From: Clostridia bacterium
GTDB lineage: Bacteria > Bacillota > Clostridia > Oscillospirales > UBA644
NCBI GenBank assembly: GCA_017440085.1
Contig: JAFSHW010000036.1
Span: 1 to 40,602 of the forward strand
Reading direction: 5' to 3'
Length of the DNA: 40,602 nucleotides
Positions 34,236 through 40,602 of this stretch are shown piece after piece. Position numbers and translations under genes: made by a program. The notes under the pieces are model-generated. The model made no database searches. It had not been told where the DNA came from and saw nothing but the letters and a program-made list of their open reading frames with translations. The first letter of the stretch is position 1; every line of letters begins with the position of its first letter.

Positions 34236-35987
34236 ATGAAACTATCAAAATATCTAAAACCGTATATTTGGTTTATAATTCTAGCTCCTGTGTTGATGGT
34301 CCTTGAGGTTTGTATGGACCTTTTGCAGCCCGCTATGATGTCAACGATTGTAAACGACGGCATTTTGGGCTTAAACGATGCAGGAACTTACGGAAATATG
34401 GACGTTATCCTCTCAACTTGCATTAAAATGCTGGTTTTTGCACTTATTGGTGCAATAGGAGGTATGGGTTGCACTTATTTTTCAACCAAAGCCTCTCAAA
34501 ACTTCGGGGCTGATTTAAGGGCAGATCTTTTCCGTAAAATTGAAAGCTTTTCTTTTGCTGAAACTGATAAGTTTTCAACGGGTTCTTTGGTTACCAGAAC
34601 TACAAACGATGTTATGCAGCTTCAAAATATGGTTCTTATGGCGCTCAGAATGCTTGTCAGAACTCCGATGCAGTGCATAGGCGGTATTGTTATGGCTATT
34701 TTAATTAACCCTAAATTCGGCATTATTCTTTTGATTCTTATGCCGATACTTATTGCGTTGGTAGCCTTTTTTATTACTAAAACCAGTCCTATTTTCAGCA
34801 AAATGCAGCAGAAGCTTGACCGCCTTAACGGTATAATGCAGGAAAATCTTTCAGGGGTTCGCGTTGTTAAGGCTTATGTGAGAGAATCACACGAGGTCAA
34901 TAAGTTCGTAGATGCTAATAACGATTACACGGGAACTTCTCTTAAAGTTATGCGCCTTATGGCTGCTCTTTCACCCATAATGATGATAATTATGAACGTT
35001 GCAACAATTGCCGTTATCGTAATCGGTTCTTTTGAAGTTGAAGCCAAAGCTATGCTTGTTGGTGACGTTATGGCTGTGGTTACGTATATGACTCAAATCC
35101 TTATGAGTATGATGATGATGTCAATGATGTTTATGAACATTTCAAGAGCGAAGGCTTCATACCAGAGAATTAAAGCGGTTATGGATACTAATCCTTCAAT
35201 TTATTCGGGAAATGAAGAAGAACAGACTGTTGAAAAGGGTAAAATTGAATTTAAAAACGTTACGTTTAAATACCCCCTTGCTGTTGGCGAGCCTGTTATT
35301 AAAAACGTAAATCTTACTGTAAATCCCGGTGAAACGGTGGCGTTCCTTGGAGCAACAGGTTCAGGAAAATCCTCTTTGGTAAATCTTGTGCCAAGATTTT
35401 ACGACGTTACAGAAGGTCAGGTTTTGGTTGACGGAGTTGACGTTAAGGATTACGATCTTGATAATCTTCGCGCAGGAATAGGTATGGTTCTTCAGGAAGC
35501 CGTCCTTTTTAGCGGTACGATTATGGAAAACATTAAATGGGGAAATCCCAATGCTTCTGATGAAGAAGCTATTGCCGCTGCGAAAATAGCTCAGGCTGAC
35601 GATTATATTTCCAATTTCCCCGACGGTTATAATACTATGCTGGGGCAGAGAGGTTTGACCTTGTCAGGCGGTCAAAAACAAAGACTTTCAATTTCCCGTG
35701 CTGTTTTAAAGAAACCGAAAATTCTTATTCTTGACGATAGTACCTCAGCCCTTGATATGGGCACAGAGGCAAGACTCCAAAAGGCTCTTAAAGAAACTAT
35801 GAGTGGAATGACCTCAATTATTATCGCTCAGAGAATTTCTTCCGTAATGTATGCAGATAAAATAGTCGTGCTTGATAAAGGTGAGGTCGTTGCTGTTGGA
35901 ACTCACGAAGAGCTTCTTAAAAACAGCGAAATTTATCAGGATATTTATTTATCTCAGGTAGGGGAAGGAGGAGTTGACAATGGCTGA
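34236..35987 (+). CDS. Heterodimeric ABC exporter subunit (TM287-like)
   Basis: TM domain; GATGSGKSS; LSGGQKQ; degenerate LILDD and IIAQR. Confidence 0.94.
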   Translation: MKLSKYLKPYIWFIILAPVLMVLEVCMDLLQPAMMSTIVNDGILGLNDAGTYGNMDVILSTCIKMLVFALIGAIGGMGCTYFSTKASQNFGADLRADLFRKIESFSFAETDKFSTGSLVTRTTNDVMQLQNMVLMALRMLVRTPMQCIGGIVMAILINPKFGIILLILMPILIALVAFFITKTSPIFSKMQQKLDRLNGIMQENLSGVRVVKAYVRESHEVNKFVDANNDYTGTSLKVMRLMAALSPIMMIIMNVATIAVIVIGSFEVEAKAMLVGDVMAVVTYMTQILMSMMMMSMMFMNISRAKASYQRIKAVMDTNPSIYSGNEEEQTVEKGKIEFKNVTFKYPLAVGEPVIKNVNLTVNPGETVAFLGATGSGKSSLVNLVPRFYDVTEGQVLVDGVDVKDYDLDNLRAGIGMVLQEAVLFSGTIMENIKWGNPNASDEEAIAAAKIAQADDYISNFPDGYNTMLGQRGLTLSGGQKQRLSISRAVLKKPKILILDDSTSALDMGTEARLQKALKETMSGMTSIIIAQRISSVMYADKIVVLDKGEVVAVGTHEELLKNSEIYQDIYLSQVGEGGVDNG

Positions 35988-37839
35988 AAATAATAATAAT
36001 AATGCACCACGCCCTGCAATGCCGGGAAGACCCGGTGGCAGAGGTCCCGGTGGCCCGGGAATGGGTATGCCAAAGGAAAAGCCTAAAAACGGAAAGAAAA
36101 CGCTTCTTCGTCTTTTATCTTATTTGGGTAAAAGCAAAGCCCTTCTTATTGGAATGATAGCGATGGTCCTTTTGATGACTGTTACTCAGCTTATCGGACC
36201 AACTCTTCAAAAAGAGGCTATTGACTCGATGACACTAGTTGATGGTCAGCTACACGTGGATTTTGAGACCCTTAAAAGCTCTCTTATTTCATTGGCAATC
36301 GTTTACGCTGTGGGGGTAGTTTTTAACTTCTTTCAGGGATGGTTTTCCGCAACTCTTTCTCAGCAAACTGTCCGCAAGATGAGAAATGACCTCTTTACCA
36401 AGATGTCTAAACTTCCCGTTAAATATTTTGATACTCACACCCACGGCGAGCTTATGAGCCGCCTTACTAACGACGTTGATAACGTTTCCAATACTCTTTC
36501 ACAAAGTCTTTCGACATTGATTTCAAGTGCATTGACTATTGTGGGCTCGCTTTCTTTAATGCTGTGGTACAGCCCACTTATGACCCTTATTTCACTTATT
36601 GCAATTCCCTTGGGATTATGGTTGGTAAATTTGATTTCAAAAAAGACCAGAAGATTCTTTAAAAGACAGCAGGAAACTTTGGGAGATTTGAACGGCCACA
36701 TTGAAGAGATGGTTACAGGTCAGAAAACGGTCCTTGCCTTTTCACGCAGCGGAATAGTCGTTGACGAATTTGATGAGATAAACGAAAAACTGCGTAATTA
36801 CAGCGTATCAGCTCAGATTTGGGGCGGTATCGTAGGCCCCGTAATGAATATGATAGGAAATATCAGCTTTGCTCTCGTGGCGATTTCAGGTGGTTTCCTT
36901 GCAGCAAACGGAATTATTTCCGTAGGAACCATTCAAGCTTTCGTGCAGTATTCAAAGCAGTTTACCCGCCCTGTAAGTGAGGTTGCAAACCAATATGCGG
37001 TAATTATTTCTGCACTTTCGGGCGCTGAGCGAGTTTTTGAAGTGATGGATGCTGTTCCCGAAGAGGATGATGGCAAAAATAATTACTTCAACGTTTCAGA
37101 GGTTAAGGGCGACGTTCTTTTTGAAAACGTAAACTTTGGTTACAACGAAGAGAAATTAGTCCTTAAAGATTTCAGTATTGACGTAAAGGCAGGTCAGAAA
37201 ATAGCTCTTGTAGGTCCCACCGGTGCGGGAAAGACTACTGTTGTTAATCTAATCACCAGATTCTATGACGTCAATAGCGGTAGAATTTCTCTTGACGGAG
37301 TAGATCTTGAAGAAATCCCCAAGGACGGTTTAAGAAGCTCCATAGGCATAGTTCTTCAGGATACGGTTCTCTTTACGGGAACTATCAGAGATAACATCAG
37401 ATTTGGACGCCTTGACGCTACTGACGAGGAAATCGTTGCGGCAGCAAAAATGGCATATGCAGATGAATTTATTTCACGCCTTCCCGACGGTTACGATACG
37501 GAGCTTTCTGAGCAGGGAAGCAATCTGAGCCAAGGTCAGCGCCAGCTTCTTTCTATTGCAAGAGCAATTCTTGCAGACCCGAAAATTCTCATACTTGACG
37601 AGGCTACATCTTCCATTGATACGAGAACTGAAATGCACATTCAAAAGGCTATGATTGCTCTTATGAAAGGCAGAACAAGTTTTATTATCGCCCACAGGCT
37701 TTCTACCATTCGCGATGCAGATACTATTCTCGTTATTGACGGCGGCAGAATTGCCGAGCAGGGAAGCCACAACTCCCTTTTGAAGTTGAATGGCCATTAT
37801 AAAAAGCTTTATGATATGCAATTTTCAAGGCAAGTATAA
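35980..37839 (+). CDS. Heterodimeric ABC exporter subunit (TM288-like)
   Basis: GPTGAGKTT; LSQGQRQ; LILDE; IAHR; ATG 35980 after SD GGAGG, overlapping the upstream stop. Confidence 0.94.
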   Translation: MAENNNNNAPRPAMPGRPGGRGPGGPGMGMPKEKPKNGKKTLLRLLSYLGKSKALLIGMIAMVLLMTVTQLIGPTLQKEAIDSMTLVDGQLHVDFETLKSSLISLAIVYAVGVVFNFFQGWFSATLSQQTVRKMRNDLFTKMSKLPVKYFDTHTHGELMSRLTNDVDNVSNTLSQSLSTLISSALTIVGSLSLMLWYSPLMTLISLIAIPLGLWLVNLISKKTRRFFKRQQETLGDLNGHIEEMVTGQKTVLAFSRSGIVVDEFDEINEKLRNYSVSAQIWGGIVGPVMNMIGNISFALVAISGGFLAANGIISVGTIQAFVQYSKQFTRPVSEVANQYAVIISALSGAERVFEVMDAVPEEDDGKNNYFNVSEVKGDVLFENVNFGYNEEKLVLKDFSIDVKAGQKIALVGPTGAGKTTVVNLITRFYDVNSGRISLDGVDLEEIPKDGLRSSIGIVLQDTVLFTGTIRDNIRFGRLDATDEEIVAAAKMAYADEFISRLPDGYDTELSEQGSNLSQGQRQLLSIARAILADPKILILDEATSSIDTRTEMHIQKAMIALMKGRTSFIIAHRLSTIRDADTILVIDGGRIAEQGSHNSLLKLNGHYKKLYDMQFSRQV

Positions 37840-37842
37840 TTT

Positions 37843-37876
37843 AAAGACTCTCTTTCGTAAGAAGGAGAGTCTTTTT
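37843..37876 (+). terminator. Intrinsic terminator
   Basis: AAAGACTCTC...GAGAGTCTTT followed by TTAT. Confidence 0.8.
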
Positions 37877-37900
37877 ATGTGCTTTAATAGCTTAGATTCG

Positions 37901-38225
37901 GTGTAAAGGTGTATAATTTTACAGTACATTTTTCGAAATATCGTTTTTATGAAAATTTCTCAGACTTGGCTTTTTGAAAAGTTTAAAAATGGGCTTTCGT
38001 TGCTAAGGCAACGAAGGTTTGTTCTCGATTTGGGGTTGTTTAAAAGGAATTTTTGTCAAACGGGGTTTACAAAGAAAAGTTTTCCACAGTTTTTTTGGGG
38101 TTTTCCCACGTTTTGACTACGATTTGCAATCAAAAACAGTTAACTTTTAATATTGAAAAAAGTCAATTATAATACCAAAAAACATTAAAAAAATACAGTG
38201 TAAAGGTGTCTCACTTAACATTGCA
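37901..38225. repeat. Two related palindromic sites 297 bp apart
   Basis: GTGTAAAGGTGT at 37901-37912 and 38198-38209, each within TGTAAA-N10-TT(T/A)ACA. Confidence 0.55.
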
Positions 38226-38274
38226 GTGCTTTCAACTGATTTTTTTGTAAAAATTTGAAGAGAGGTTTTTTATG

Positions 38275-38319
38275 AAAAAACTCACCGAAAAACTCTGTTT
38301 TGAACTTCTCGATGAGTTT
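38275..38319 (-). terminator. Intrinsic terminator of the DUF3737 gene
   Basis: Minus strand AAACTCATCGAGAAGTTC-aaaaca-GAGTTTTTCGGTGAGTTT-TTT; pairs fully only on this strand (G-U pairs). Confidence 0.7.
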
Positions 38320-38322
38320 AAT

Positions 38323-39165
38323 TTATTCTTTTGTTGTGATTTCGCATTCTGTTTTAGGCTCTCTTTTGGAGTCAAGTATTATTTCGCCGATAGAGTCTGC
38401 CTTGATGAATCCGTTGATAGGATTCTTGACACTTATTACGTGGCTGTTTATCGTTGCCTGCACTTCGCTGTTTTCAAATGCAAAATCTGCATCAACCATT
38501 TCGCAGTCTTCAAGAATTAAACCCTTGCAGTAACACAGAGGCTGTGTACCTACTATTTTGCATCTTATCAGCTTTAAGTTTTCGGAATACCAACCCAAGT
38601 ATTCTCCTTGAACCAAAGAATCCTCAACGGTTACGTTTTTGCAGTGCCAGAAAGCGTCTTTGGTTTTTAACGTGCAATTTTTCAAAACTGCATTTTCTAC
38701 GTATTGGAAAGAGTATTTCCCCGTAAGTTCAAACCCGTTAAGCTCCATATTTTTGCATTCAAAAAACGGATACATAGAAACGAGAGACGTATCGTTTATT
38801 GAAAGGTCTTCACATCTCCAGCCGAATTCTTCTGAGTTTATTTTGCAACCGTTTATTTTAATTTTTTTGCACTCTCTTAATGCTTTTATACCACCCAAAA
38901 CGCTGTTTGTAATTTCCATATTTTCATCGTACCAAAGGGCGGCTCTGCAGGTGTCTGACATAGTGCAATCCTTCACTTTGCCGTCGGTTACGTGCCAGAA
39001 GGGGTACCTCAAACGGAAATCACAGTTCTCCACTGTAATACCTCGGCATTCTTTTAATGCTGATTCTCCGTCTGCAGGCCCGTCAAATACGCAGTTTGCA
39101 ACAGTTGAATCTTCGATACCGTAAAGGGCTCTTTCTTCATCGTAAGTTTTGTTTGAATAAATCAT
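38323..39165 (-). CDS. DUF3737-family protein (beta-helix-like)
   Basis: DEERALYG, DGESALKE, LRYPFWH, GKYSFQY, TKDAFWH, GEYLGWYS, GTQPLCY. Confidence 0.88.
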   Translation of the reverse strand: MIYSNKTYDEERALYGIEDSTVANCVFDGPADGESALKECRGITVENCDFRLRYPFWHVTDGKVKDCTMSDTCRAALWYDENMEITNSVLGGIKALRECKKIKINGCKINSEEFGWRCEDLSINDTSLVSMYPFFECKNMELNGFELTGKYSFQYVENAVLKNCTLKTKDAFWHCKNVTVEDSLVQGEYLGWYSENLKLIRCKIVGTQPLCYCKGLILEDCEMVDADFAFENSEVQATINSHVISVKNPINGFIKADSIGEIILDSKREPKTECEITTKE

Positions 39166-39197
39166 ATGTATTTTCCCTTTTAAATTTTATTAACCAT

Positions 39198-39226
39198 ATT
39201 ATACCACGAAAATATAAATCTTTCAA
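39198..39226 (-). promoter_or_regulatory. Sigma-A promoter for the DUF3737 gene
   Basis: Minus strand TTGAAA-17 bp-TATAAT with TGg extension. Confidence 0.75.
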
Positions 39227-39267
39227 GTACTAATTTTAATATATTTTTTTTATATCCGATTTCCTCA

Positions 39268-39296
39268 TTGACATTTTGCAAATTTAGGTGTATAAT
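39268..39296 (+). promoter_or_regulatory. Sigma-A promoter for the MATE gene
   Basis: TTGACA-17 bp-TATAAT, perfect consensus. Confidence 0.82.
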
Positions 39297-39337
39297 TATA
39301 TGGATAAAGTCGTATTTTTCAGGAGTGATGAAAATAA

Positions 39338-40602
39338 ATGATATTGCAAAAGTTTTCCCATAAAAAGGATTTTAATATTCTTGAAGGTCCACTTTTGGGC
39401 AAAATAATTACCTTTGTTCTACCTCTGATGCTGACAAATCTTTTGCAGGTGTGTTATTCTGCGGCTGATATGATGATTGTCGGCCTTTCCAACGTAGACG
39501 GCGCTATCGGTTCAATCGGGACAACCGGCGCGCTGATAAATCTTGTGGTAAACGTGTTTATCGGATTTTCCGTGGGTACAAACGTTATCGTTGCGCGAAA
39601 CATCGGGCGAGGTGATAAAAAAGCTACGGAAAATGCAGTGCATACTTCAATATTATTTGCTTTAATTTGTGGTATTATCTGCGCTGTGGTCGGCTTCGTT
39701 ATTTGCCGCCCCGTTTTGGCAATGATGGGTAATGAGGGGCATATTCTTGACCTTTCTTCACTTTATACAAAAATTTATTTTTTAGGCACTCCTTTTATTG
39801 CAATGACTAACTATTTAATAGCTATTTTCAGAGCAAAAGGGGATACTGAAACTCCGCTGTATATTCTTTCTGCTTCAGGGCTCGTAAACGTTGCTTTGAA
39901 CTTGGTTTTCGTTCTTAGCTTCGGAATGTCTGTTGACGGTGTTTCGCTTGCAACGGTTATTTCCAACGTAGTATCTATGATTTTACTTTTTGGAAAGCTC
40001 CTTAGGGAAGAAGGCTGGTGCAGAATCCATTGGAATAAATTGAAAATGACAAAATCTGCAGTTATTGATATTATTAAAGTAGGTCTCCCCGCAGGTATCC
40101 AGGGCGCACTGTTCTCTATTTCCAACGTCCTTATTCAATCGTCACTTATAGGTCTAAACAATACTCTATGCCCCGGTGGTTCCGATATTATTGACGGTCA
40201 CGCAGCTTCAGGAAGCTTGGAGGGCTTTGCTTATACTGCTACGAATTCCGTTTGCCAGGCGGCAACAACTTTTACAAGTCAGCATTTCGGTGCGAAAAAA
40301 TATAAGCGTATCGGACGAGTTATGTTGAACTGCTACGCTGTTACAGGGTGCGTTGCTTTAATTTGCACAGCCATTATTTTCGGATTCAGGGAATTCCTTA
40401 TTGGGCTTTACGTTTCGGCTCCGATGGCAGTTGAAACGGCTCTTTTGCGAAATTACATAATTATTATTCCGTATTTCCTTTTGGCATTTATGGAAGTTGG
40501 CTCCGGCGTGGTTCGAGGCTTGGGTAAATCTTTAACTTCTACTTTGGTTACGTTCTTCGGGTGCTGTGTATTGAGAGTCCTTTGGGTTTATACCGTGTTC
40601 CA
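39338..40602 (+). CDS. MATE-family efflux transporter (partial, runs off the window; absent from the ORF track)
   Basis: Hand translation: MILQKFSHKKDFNILEGPLLGKIITFVLPLMLTNLLQVCYSAADMMIVG..FRAKGDTETPL..NVALNLVFV..GVSLAT..GLPAGIQ..VRGLGKS; no stop to the window end; SD AGGAG. Confidence 0.93.
   Translation, partial: MILQKFSHKKDFNILEGPLLGKIITFVLPLMLTNLLQVCYSAADMMIVGLSNVDGAIGSIGTTGALINLVVNVFIGFSVGTNVIVARNIGRGDKKATENAVHTSILFALICGIICAVVGFVICRPVLAMMGNEGHILDLSSLYTKIYFLGTPFIAMTNYLIAIFRAKGDTETPLYILSASGLVNVALNLVFVLSFGMSVDGVSLATVISNVVSMILLFGKLLREEGWCRIHWNKLKMTKSAVIDIIKVGLPAGIQGALFSISNVLIQSSLIGLNNTLCPGGSDIIDGHAASGSLEGFAYTATNSVCQAATTFTSQHFGAKKYKRIGRVMLNCYAVTGCVALICTAIIFGFREFLIGLYVSAPMAVETALLRNYIIIIPYFLLAFMEVGSGVVRGLGKSLTSTLVTFFGCCVLRVLWVYTVF

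Noticed and set aside
35980-36075. Asn/Pro/Gly-rich N-terminus of the TM288-like subunit
   Set aside because: Low-complexity Gly/Pro leaders are common on this subunit in Firmicutes.
37900-38090. oriC or canonical dif site
   Set aside because: Only one imperfect DnaA box and no dnaA/dnaN nearby; the palindrome has a TGTATA centre but its arms do not match the XerD arm TTATGT(T/A)AA.
38272-38520. 82-aa ORF with plausible SD (GAGG) and MKK start
   Set aside because: Mostly antisense to the DUF3737 gene and its terminator, no recognisable motif, and no well-spaced promoter found.

Overview
Chromosomal window from an AT-rich, endospore-forming Firmicute, most likely Clostridia (inferred from the spoIIAA-spoIIAB-sigF operon, archaeal-type ProRS and sigma-A promoters). 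It opens with the distal end of an rRNA operon: 23S 3' end, two tandem but strongly diverged 5S genes, tRNA-Glu(CTC) and tRNA-Ile2/Met(CAT), then a tRNA-linked structured repeat. Next come an ECF sigma factor with a long C-terminal extension, two paralogous metallophosphoesterase lipoproteins and a heterodimeric ABC exporter. A housekeeping run follows (lgt, folD, citrate synthase, typA, pth, mfd, PrsA-like foldase), then a deaminase-fold hypothetical, a polysaccharide deacetylase and proS. The rest holds a ~1670-aa LacZ-like lipoprotein with lectin repeats, guaB, a small Cys/acidic-rich protein, an M3 peptidase, the spoIIA operon, MarR plus a second ABC pair, a DUF3737 gene and a MATE transporter running off the end. 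No CRISPR array, transposase, integrase or phage gene was seen. The three strongest leads are: (1) two 5S rRNAs differing at about 28 of 118 positions by hand count, mostly as compensatory base-pair changes; (2) the LacZ-like lipoprotein, whose catalytic nucleophile and most substrate/metal ligands look replaced (candidate glycan-binding pseudoenzyme); (3) a 17-Cys, membrane-anchored acidic protein with its own consensus promoter. All family calls are from motif recognition by eye; no database searches were run.
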